Shown here: positions 6,973 through 14,185 of the stretch, in pieces
Numbering within the stretch: the first letter of the stretch is position 1
Layout of the letters: every line of letters begins with the position of its first letter
Source of the DNA: Candidatus Altarchaeum sp.
GTDB taxonomy: Archaea > Altiarchaeota > Altiarchaeia > Altiarchaeales > Altiarchaeaceae
Reading direction: 5' to 3'
Assembly (NCBI GenBank): GCA_018260615.1
Contig: JAGWDQ010000017.1
Span: 1-14,185 of the forward strand
Length of the DNA: 14,185 bases
Translations under genes and position numbers: made by a program
The notes under the pieces: model-generated
The model's database searches: none
What the model was told of the DNA's origin: nothing
What the model saw: the letters and a program-made list of their open reading frames with translations, nothing else

Positions 6973-7773
6973 ATGAGTTACCATTCATATATTTCACAGG
7001 ATACTGAAAATTTCACAATACGACTTGAAAATGTAAATGTAAGCGGAGAAGAAATTTCAGTCATACCTGCAGAAAACGGAATTGATGTTAAAATTTCCGA
7101 TGAAACCTTACATTTCAATTCACCAAAAATAGATATGGACAGCATAATTGCCGATTTGAAGGACAAAATTTTAACTATAAAGGCAAAGATATTAAAACCG
7201 AAAGCATTAGAAAATATAGAAGAAAGATTGCACAAAGAGCAAAAAGAGAAGGAAAAATTAGCAGAAGAACTAAGCAAAAAAAACAAAGAGATAGAAGACC
7301 TGAAAAACAGATATAATTTATGTTTAAGAACAATTGCCGATTTTGATAATGCGCGAAAAATATGGGAGAAAAAAGAGAAGGAAATTAAAGAGTATGGAGC
7401 AAGGGATGTTATGGTAAATTTACTTCCTTTACTTGATACCTGTAACGCTGCTTTTGCGTCATACAAAGACAAAAATTTAAGTGCGGAATCAGCGGAGATG
7501 CTTGAAGGAATGAAAAAAATTTACGAAGGATTAATTCACATTTTGAAAGATGACGGCTTAAATGAAATTTCATCTGTCGGAAAAATTTTTGACCCTTATG
7601 AGCATGAGGTAATTATGCAGGAAGAAACAGATAAATTTCCAGAAGGTATGATAATTGAGGAATTTCAGAAGGGATATTTTTATAAAGATATGCTGTTAAG
7701 ATCTTCAAAAGTGAAGGTCGCAAAATCAAAAAGCAATGACTATAATACAGATAGTTTCAGAATTGTATATTAA
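6973..7773 (+). CDS. grpE: Nucleotide exchange factor GrpE with an N-terminal Hsp20/alpha-crystallin-like extension
   Basis: 266 aa. GrpE motifs ADFDNARK, LLPLLD, FDPYEHE, EEFQKGY, LLRSSKVKV. The first ~75 aa are beta-rich with an sHSP-like pattern. Directly upstream of dnaK. Confidence 0.92.
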   Translation: MSYHSYISQDTENFTIRLENVNVSGEEISVIPAENGIDVKISDETLHFNSPKIDMDSIIADLKDKILTIKAKILKPKALENIEERLHKEQKEKEKLAEELSKKNKEIEDLKNRYNLCLRTIADFDNARKIWEKKEKEIKEYGARDVMVNLLPLLDTCNAAFASYKDKNLSAESAEMLEGMKKIYEGLIHILKDDGLNEISSVGKIFDPYEHEVIMQEETDKFPEGMIIEEFQKGYFYKDMLLRSSKVKVAKSKSNDYNTDSFRIVY

Positions 7774-7820
7774 AATAATAAAATTTTAAAAAATTTAACA
7801 AAAATTTAAAAATATTTAAA

Positions 7821-9764
7821 ATGGGTGAAAAAATAATAGGAATTGATTTGGGAACAAGCAATTCGGCAGCAGCAGTGATGATCGGTGGAAAACCAACAAT
7901 GATTCCAAGTGCGGAAGGAGTAAGTATGTACGGGAAGGCATTTCCGAGCTATGTTGCATTCACAAAGGACGGACAATTACTTGTCGGAGAACCGGCAAAG
8001 AGGCAGGCAACAATGAATCCCGAAGGAACGGTATATGCTGCAAAAAGAAAGATGGGAACTAATCACAAATACAAAATTTACGGGAAGGAATGGACACCCC
8101 AGCAAATTTCGGCAAATATACTCCAAAAGATAAAAAAGGACTCTGAGAAATTTTTGGGTGAGACGATACATAAAGCGGTAATTACCGTTCCGGCATATTT
8201 TGACGATAATCAGAGACAGGCAACAAAGGATGCAGGTGAAATTGCCGGATTAGAGGTTGTCAGAATCGTCAATGAACCGACAGCTGCCTCGCTGGCTTAC
8301 GGATTGGATAAGACCCAAAAAGAAGCAAAAATTCTGGTCTTTGATTTGGGAGGAGGAACGCTTGATGTTACAATCATGGAATTCGGAGGGGGTGTTTTTG
8401 AAGTTAAAGCCACATCAGGAGATACTCAATTAGGAGGAACGGATATGGATAATGCAATTATTGACTACCTTATTAATGATTTCAAAAGTAAGGAAGGTGT
8501 TGACTTAAGAAATGATAAGACGGCATTTATTCGTTTGAAAGAAGGTGCGGAAAAAGCAAAAATAGAACTTTCAACAACTCTTGAGACAGAGCTCAATTTA
8601 CCTTACATAACCGCAACACAAACAGGACCGAAACACCTTATTGTAAAATTAACAAGGGCAAAAGTTGAAGAACTTATAAATCCGATAGTTGAAAGATGCA
8701 GGAAGTCCATAGAGATTGCATTAGAGAAAACCAATATGAAAAAAGATGGTATTGAAAAGGTTGTAATGGTCGGAGGACCTACAAGAATGCCGATTGTCCA
8801 GAAATTTATTGAAAATATTTTCGGAAAGAAAGCAGAAGGAGGAGTGGATCCGATGGAATGCGTTGCGATTGGAGCGGCAGTCCAGGGTGCGGTATTATCC
8901 GGAGAAGTTCATGATATCTTATTATTGGATGTAACTCCTTTAACATTATCAACCGAGACATTAGGAGGAATAGCAACATCTTTAATTCCGGCAAATACAA
9001 CAATTCCGACAAAAAAATCACAGATATTTACTACTGCAGCCGACTTCCAGAATGCGGTTACAATCCACATTACACAGGGTGAAAGACCTCTTGCAAAAGA
9101 TAATACTTCATTAGGTATGTTCAATCTGGCAGGACTTCCACCTGCTCCGAGAGGGGTTCCGCAAATAGAAATTACTTATGATATTGATGCTAACGGGATA
9201 TTAAATGTCAAAGCAAAGGATTTGGGAACAGGAAAAGAGGCGGGAATTACAATAAGTGCATCAACGAAATTAAGCAAGGAGCAAATTGAACGGATGAAGA
9301 AAGATGCCGAGAGATTTGCAGAAGAAGACAAAAAGAAAAAGGAAGAGCAGGAATTAAAGAACGAGTCGGAATCACTCATATACCAGTCGGAAAAGTTAAT
9401 CAAAGATCTTGAAGGTAAAATCAGCGAAGAAAATAAGAATAAGATAAATGAAGCAACCAAGGAATTAAAAGAAGCAAAGGAAAATAACGATATTGCTCTG
9501 ATGAAGACAAAATTTGAAAATTTAAAAAACATTTTACAGGAGGTAGGAACAGCGGTCTATCAGCAGGCGGCTGCTCAACAACAGCAACAACAACAATCGC
9601 AGGCAGGTGGGGCAGGCGGAGCAGGTCAGGAAGAGCAGCAAAATCAGGAGAGCGGCAGCAGCCAGCAAGGTCAGGAAAATGCAGAGCAAAACACGGCAGA
9701 AGGCGAACAGGGAAAAGATAAAGATGGCAAGGTTTATGATGCGGATTATGAAGTGAAGAAATAA
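7821..9764 (+). CDS. dnaK: Chaperone DnaK (Hsp70)
   Basis: 647 aa. [54 protein letters not shown]; Q/G/E-rich low-complexity tail. Confidence 0.99.
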   Translation: MGEKIIGIDLGTSNSAAAVMIGGKPTMIPSAEGVSMYGKAFPSYVAFTKDGQLLVGEPAKRQATMNPEGTVYAAKRKMGTNHKYKIYGKEWTPQQISANILQKIKKDSEKFLGETIHKAVITVPAYFDDNQRQATKDAGEIAGLEVVRIVNEPTAASLAYGLDKTQKEAKILVFDLGGGTLDVTIMEFGGGVFEVKATSGDTQLGGTDMDNAIIDYLINDFKSKEGVDLRNDKTAFIRLKEGAEKAKIELSTTLETELNLPYITATQTGPKHLIVKLTRAKVEELINPIVERCRKSIEIALEKTNMKKDGIEKVVMVGGPTRMPIVQKFIENIFGKKAEGGVDPMECVAIGAAVQGAVLSGEVHDILLLDVTPLTLSTETLGGIATSLIPANTTIPTKKSQIFTTAADFQNAVTIHITQGERPLAKDNTSLGMFNLAGLPPAPRGVPQIEITYDIDANGILNVKAKDLGTGKEAGITISASTKLSKEQIERMKKDAERFAEEDKKKKEEQELKNESESLIYQSEKLIKDLEGKISEENKNKINEATKELKEAKENNDIALMKTKFENLKNILQEVGTAVYQQAAAQQQQQQQSQAGGAGGAGQEEQQNQESGSSQQGQENAEQNTAEGEQGKDKDGKVYDADYEVKK

Positions 9765-9807
9765 GAAATTTTGTTGCGATGGGCAAGGTGTGATTGTAAA
9801 ACAGAAA

Positions 9808-9839
9808 TTTTTTATTTTTCTTTATTTTTTTATTTCTTT
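9808..9839 (+). terminator. Oligo-T tract after dnaK (candidate terminator)
   Basis: About 32 nt of nearly pure T runs starting 44 nt after the dnaK stop. Confidence 0.5.
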
Positions 9840-9906
9840 AATAAAATTTCTTTAAAACCTAATTCTTTCTGATTTTTATATTTATATTTTCATCATTATA
9901 TTTTTT

Positions 9907-10302
9907 ATGAAGATGCTGAATGAAATAAACACACTCGGAAAATTTTTGCTGGGAACATTAACCATCTATGTTGCGGTCATTGTCTTGGGCATAATTGGAG
10001 GTTTGTTTGGAATTATGGATTTGCCAACTGCCTCAGAATTTCTTTTGTCGCTATCAATTGTTTTCCTGTTCTTTTTGCCTTTAGTTCAGTCACAAAAATC
10101 ATGGTTTAAAGAGAAAAGGGCAAAAATATTTAAATTCGGAGGCATCGTTTTTCTCATCGCTGGCATAATATATTTAATGCTACCTTTTGTGTTTGGTTAT
10201 GAAGGTCGTTTCTTTCACTATCTTGAGGTGTTTTCGTATATGTTCATAGGAATTGGTTATTTGCTTACTGGCATTTATTCTAATAAAAAAACAAAAACAT
10301 AA
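9907..10302 (+). CDS. Hypothetical membrane protein (about 4 TM), paralog A
   Basis: 131 aa with four hydrophobic segments. C-terminal half (KFGGIVFLIAGIIYL...KTKT) resembles the next ORF. Confidence 0.8.
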   Translation: MKMLNEINTLGKFLLGTLTIYVAVIVLGIIGGLFGIMDLPTASEFLLSLSIVFLFFLPLVQSQKSWFKEKRAKIFKFGGIVFLIAGIIYLMLPFVFGYEGRFFHYLEVFSYMFIGIGYLLTGIYSNKKTKT

Positions 10303-10336
10303 AATTTAATTCAACCAAAAATAATTGATAATTATA
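10287..10336 (+). repeat. Perfect 50-bp direct repeat, copy 1
   Basis: AAAAACAAAAACATAAAATTTAATTCAACCAAAAATAATTGATAATTATA, identical to 10748-10797; spans the stop codon. Confidence 0.95.
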
Positions 10337-10364
10337 CTTTTTCATTTTTCACTGCTAAATTATA

Positions 10365-10763
10365 ATGGATACAAACAAAAAAATTTTATTGTGGTCATTA
10401 GTTATATTTGCTATTTTAATCGGTATTTTTATAGTAGGAAATTTATTTGAACTTCCAATTTTGCCTATTGTGGCATTGCTTGTTTTGTTTCTGTTATTTG
10501 TTCTCCTCCTCGTTTTGTTATTTGTTAAGAAACGAAAACCTGTGTCAACTATGTCAAAAGAAGAGCAACTAAAAATTAAAGAACGGGAACTAAAATTTTA
10601 TAAATTTGGAGGTATTTTCTTTTTTATTTCAGGCATAATATATCTAACCCTACTTTTTGTGTCAGACGAAATTCGTTTGTATAATATTGTTTTGGCTGGT
10701 TTATGGACCCTCTCAGGAATTCTTTATTTCTATACGTATTTCAAACTAAAAACAAAAACATAA
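10365..10763 (+). CDS. Hypothetical membrane protein (about 4 TM), paralog B
   Basis: 132 aa with four hydrophobic segments and a basic loop; KFGGIFFFISGIIYL...KTKT shared with paralog A. Confidence 0.8.
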   Translation: MDTNKKILLWSLVIFAILIGIFIVGNLFELPILPIVALLVLFLLFVLLLVLLFVKKRKPVSTMSKEEQLKIKERELKFYKFGGIFFFISGIIYLTLLFVSDEIRLYNIVLAGLWTLSGILYFYTYFKLKTKT

Positions 10764-10797
10764 AATTTAATTCAACCAAAAATAATTGATAATTATA
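10748..10797 (+). repeat. Perfect 50-bp direct repeat, copy 2
   Basis: Identical to 10287-10336 (461-bp spacing); ends 16 nt before the purA ATG. Confidence 0.95.
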
Positions 10798-10813
10798 ATT
10801 ATTAATTTTTAAA

Positions 10814-11872
10814 ATGTGCAATATAGTTGTTGGCGGGCAATTCGGTGATGAAGGGAAGGGAAAAATAATTTCCTATATGTGTCTAAAGGACAATTATGAC
10901 ATAATTGCGAGGGGTGGTGTGGGACCTAATGCGGGACATACAATTGTCCATAACGGACAGGAATACAAAGTCCGACAGATTCCATCTGGTTTTCTAAACA
11001 AAAATACAAAACTTTATATTGGTGCCGGTGTGCTTATTAATCCTGATGTTTTTCTCGATGAAATTTCAAAATTTAATAAATTTAATATTAAAGAGCGAAT
11101 TAAGGTTGATTTTCAGTGTGGAATTATAGAGGAAACACATAGAGTCAGGGATAAAGGCGATGAAAATTTAAGGGAAAAGGTGCAGACAACAGGCAGCGGA
11201 TGCGGACCTGCAAATGAAGACCGGATAAAACGGGTTGGAAAATTGGCAAGAGATATTCCTGCATTAAACGAATTTCTTTGTGATGTTGCAATGGAAATGA
11301 ATGATGCCATAGATGAAGGCAAAAAAATTTTAATTGAGGGAACACAGGGCTTCGGATTATCTCTTTATCACGGAACATATCCTTATGTTACAACCAAAGA
11401 TACAACTGCAAGTGCTATGCTTTCTGATGTAGGAGTTGGTCCTAAATGTGTTAATGATGTCATAGTTGTTTTAAAAGCATATACCACAAGAGTAGGGAAC
11501 GGATTGTTCTGGAATGAAATGGATAAAAATAAGAAAGAGAAAGCAGATAACAAGTCCGGCAAACTATTAGATGAATTAAAAATTTCTGAAAAATTATCCA
11601 AAATTGAGGAAAAAGGAACCGTTACCGGAAGGGCAAGAAGGGTTGCTCCGTTTGATTTTGAACTGGCAAAAAGAAGTGCAAAGATAAATTCTGCAACGAT
11701 GCTCGCATTAACAAACCTTGACCGCTTGTTTGATTGTGCAGGAGTTAGAAAATTTAACGATTTGCCGGAAGATGCAAAGAAATTTATAAAAATTATTGAA
11801 AATGAGGTCGGGGTTAAAGTAAAGCTCATTTCAACGGGAAGGGAATATTCCGATACCATTGATTTAAGATAG
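10814..11872 (+). CDS. purA: Adenylosuccinate synthetase (short archaeal type)
   Basis: 352 aa. GGQFGDEGKGK P-loop, GPNAGHT, EGTQG, YPYVT, GTVTGRARR, ISTG. Confidence 0.98.
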   Translation: MCNIVVGGQFGDEGKGKIISYMCLKDNYDIIARGGVGPNAGHTIVHNGQEYKVRQIPSGFLNKNTKLYIGAGVLINPDVFLDEISKFNKFNIKERIKVDFQCGIIEETHRVRDKGDENLREKVQTTGSGCGPANEDRIKRVGKLARDIPALNEFLCDVAMEMNDAIDEGKKILIEGTQGFGLSLYHGTYPYVTTKDTTASAMLSDVGVGPKCVNDVIVVLKAYTTRVGNGLFWNEMDKNKKEKADNKSGKLLDELKISEKLSKIEEKGTVTGRARRVAPFDFELAKRSAKINSATMLALTNLDRLFDCAGVRKFNDLPEDAKKFIKIIENEVGVKVKLISTGREYSDTIDLR

Positions 11873-11898
11873 TTTTTTAAGATAATGCAATTTTTAAA

Positions 11899-12927
11899 AT
11901 GGAAAAAAATTTTATCCGGGACATAAAAAATTTAAAGGCAGGCAGCAAGGTTGAAGGATTCTTTGCAGTCACTAAAAAAGATGCATTGCAGCAATACAAA
12001 AACAAACCGGGATATTATTTTAAAATCGGGGTCTCGGATAAAACAGGAAATATCAATACGACTTTCTGGGGCAGGGAAATAAAAGAAAAAGTGGAGGAAA
12101 TTTATAATTCCTTTAATAACGGAGATGTCGTATTTGTTTCAGGCAACATAAATTTATTCAACAATGAACCGGAAATACACACAAATCAGTCAGAAGGCAT
12201 ATTAAGAAAAGCAATGGAGAACGAATACAATGCTGCGGACTTCCTTCCTTCTACAAATCAGAACATAGAGGAAATGGAGAAAGAGTTCAGAAAGACAATA
12301 GATGAAATAAAAAATAAATTTCTTAAAGGGTTGCTGTTAAAATTTTTTGATAATGATGACTTTATGGAAAAATTTAGAAAATGGCCAGGAGCTATGAAGT
12401 ATCATCATGCCTGTGTGGGTGGATTAATGGAGCATACACTTGAAGTTGTCCGATTATGCAAGGCGATATGTGATATTCATCCGACAGGAATGGATAAGGA
12501 CTTAACAATTGCAGGGGCAATCCTTCATGATATAGGGAAAATAGAAACAATAACTGTCAAGGCCACGGGCTATCCGCTTGATGACAATTCCGAAGATGTA
12601 TTGCGGGGGCATATATCTATCGCCGAAGAAATGCTCATGGAAAAAATTTATAAAACTGATGAAGAAGCAAAAAGCGAAGAATATAAATTTCCGGAAAGAT
12701 TAAAACACAAACTAATTCATATTATACTTAGTCACCATGGGTTACCCGAACAGGGCAGTGTTATTAAGCCGGCAATACCTGAGGCGGCAGCTGTCTACGC
12801 ATCGGATTATTTTTCGTCAAATGTTACACAATTCATAAGGGCAATAAAGGATGCTCCAAGCGGTGCAAAAACAAGATATGTGAGTCCGATAGGCAAGGTG
12901 TATATTGAAAAGAATGATGAGGTATGA
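11899..12927 (+). CDS. OB-fold plus HD-domain nuclease (YhaM/CBF-like 3'-5' exoribonuclease)
   Basis: 342 aa. N-terminal OB fold (DKTGNINTTFW); HD-domain motifs HHACVGGLMEH, ILHDIGK, GHI, ILSHHG, PAIPEA. Confidence 0.88.
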   Translation: MEKNFIRDIKNLKAGSKVEGFFAVTKKDALQQYKNKPGYYFKIGVSDKTGNINTTFWGREIKEKVEEIYNSFNNGDVVFVSGNINLFNNEPEIHTNQSEGILRKAMENEYNAADFLPSTNQNIEEMEKEFRKTIDEIKNKFLKGLLLKFFDNDDFMEKFRKWPGAMKYHHACVGGLMEHTLEVVRLCKAICDIHPTGMDKDLTIAGAILHDIGKIETITVKATGYPLDDNSEDVLRGHISIAEEMLMEKIYKTDEEAKSEEYKFPERLKHKLIHIILSHHGLPEQGSVIKPAIPEAAAVYASDYFSSNVTQFIRAIKDAPSGAKTRYVSPIGKVYIEKNDEV

Positions 12928-12967
12928 CATTAAATGAAATTTAAATTTAAAATTCTAAAATTTAAAT

Positions 12968-13001
12968 TTATAGACCCTAAATTATTATAGACACTAAATT
13001 A
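12968..13001 (+). repeat. 17-bp tandem repeat x2
   Basis: TTATAGACCCTAAATTA (12968-12984) followed by TTATAGACACTAAATTA (12985-13001), one mismatch. Confidence 0.7.
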
Positions 13002-13034
13002 AAAGAAAGCAGATGATGAGTAATTTAAGGCACG

Positions 13035-13499
13035 AACGTTCTATAGCGCCAAAACTCCGTTGGATGTAAAACAGCGGCATCCGTCAAAATGATGGAAACG
13101 CCAATAAATATCTATTTTGATTAACATAAATATCCTTTTAAATATGCAATACATGAGTATCGGCCAAATTAAAAAAATTAACCAAATTAATTATTACCAC
13201 ATTTATATAAAATGAACATATAAATGGTAATGTTTATTTTCATCAAATATTAAAATAACTGATAATCATGAAATATTAATATTTTTATATCAAAATCTAA
13301 TTACATTTTACATTATTCCGTAAAATTTGAAACTAATTTTTATTAGTGAGGCACTGTCTTGTTATGAATTATTTTATACTCGGACAAAATGATTTAAAAT
13401 TATTATCACTATATAGGGATGGATTATGGACATATATTGCACATGTCTCCCAGAATTATGCCATAATTCCAACGGCATTTTGACGCTATAACGAACGTT
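13035..13499. repeat. ~30-bp imperfect inverted repeats flanking a ~400-bp AT-rich core
   Basis: AACGTTCTATAGCGCCAAAACTCCGTTGGA (13035-13064) vs reverse complement of 13468-13499, AACGTTCGTTATAGCGTCAAAATGCCGTTGGA: one 2-nt indel, 3 mismatches. Confidence 0.85.
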
Positions 13500-13613
13500 T
13501 ATAGAAATTTCAAATTAAATTAATAACCTACTTCTATTTGGCACTCAACCACTACACAAATTTTATTTATTTAATATCAAATTTTCACACAAACATAAAC
13601 CATCAAATTTAAA

Positions 13614-14099
13614 TTGAACAAACCAACTAAAAAATTTACCCGAATTTATGACACTAATGTAATCTTGCATTCCCCGAACATTATGTTTGAGGGCTACATA
13701 ACCAAAGGAGTTCTCAACGAAGTGAAGGATGAAATTTTAAGAGAAGTCGTAAGGGGCTCGTTAAGGAATGGAAAATTAAAAATATTAGATGTCCCGGAGG
13801 ACTCAAAGAGGAAGATTGCAAAAATAAATAACGACCTTGCAAACAATCTCTCACAAACGGATATTGAAATTTTAGCGGCAGCTTATGAACATAATTTAAA
13901 GCTCATGACAAGTGATTTTGCAATTCAGAATATTGCCAAAATTTTAAACATACCTTACGAAGGGCTCGTTGAAAGCAATAAAGAAACAATTAATAAATTT
14001 ATCTATATTTGTCCTGCCTGTGAAAAGATATATAAGCAATACAAAAAATTTTGCGATGCGTGCGGAACAGAAATTATTAAGAAAGAGATCGAAATTTAG
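13614..14099 (+). CDS. nob1: Endoribonuclease Nob1 (PIN domain plus Zn ribbon)
   Basis: 161 aa, TTG start. PIN acidic residues in IYDTN, VLNEVKD, LSQTDIEILAAA, LMTSDFAIQNIAK; C-terminal CPAC...CDACG Zn ribbon. Confidence 0.88.
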   Translation: MNKPTKKFTRIYDTNVILHSPNIMFEGYITKGVLNEVKDEILREVVRGSLRNGKLKILDVPEDSKRKIAKINNDLANNLSQTDIEILAAAYEHNLKLMTSDFAIQNIAKILNIPYEGLVESNKETINKFIYICPACEKIYKQYKKFCDACGTEIIKKEIEI

Positions 14100-14185
14100 T
14101 AAAATTTGGTGCTGACCCACTAAAATTGGGATAGGTCTTGTGGCAATCAGATTCCAAAAAGGGAAATTTTCCATATAAATTAATT

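Noticed and set aside
6743-7057. Diversity-generating retroelement (TR/VR) reading of the grpE duplicate
   Set aside because: Only 7 of 13 mismatches are at adenines of the upstream copy, and no reverse transcriptase is in the window; AT-biased decay explains the pattern.
5599-11859. Short minus-strand ORFs inside ths, grpE, dnaK and purA
   Set aside because: All overlap strongly supported plus-strand genes and have no motifs.
13012-13110. Box C/D sRNA starting at ATGATGA
   Set aside because: No CTGA D or D' box at suitable spacing.
13944-14174. 76-aa minus-strand ORF
   Set aside because: Overlaps the nob1 Zn-ribbon region antisense and has no recognisable features.

Overview
AT-rich archaeal chromosomal window. 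Evidence: group II chaperonin, archaeal-type SepF, Nob1, short archaeal PurA and CCA-less archaeal-type tRNAs; a low-GC lineage such as Altiarchaeota is an unverified guess. Order: (1) 1-1040, no confident gene, with a dense cluster of nested hairpins at 676-1032; (2) minus-strand run of sepF, a divergent cis-prenyltransferase-fold gene, an HNH-type restriction endonuclease and a beta-class DNA methyltransferase; (3) plus-strand tRNA-Leu(GAG), tRNA-Pro(GGG), tRNA-Thr(TGT); (4) chaperone cluster of thermosome, GrpE with an unusual N-terminal Hsp20-like extension, and DnaK, without dnaJ; (5) two paralogous small membrane proteins ending in a perfect 50-bp direct repeat; (6) purA, a YhaM-like OB-HD nuclease, a 690-bp AT-rich intergenic region bracketed by ~30-bp inverted repeats, and nob1. 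No CRISPR array, rRNA, intact transposase, integrase or reverse transcriptase was seen. The best leads are the Rv3378c-like prenyltransferase in the sepF operon, the putative sHSP-GrpE fusion with its upstream partial duplicate, the dispersed palindrome family, the repeat-bounded membrane gene pair and the inverted-repeat-bounded intergenic segment. Family assignments come from motif recognition and recalled sequences, not from database searches.
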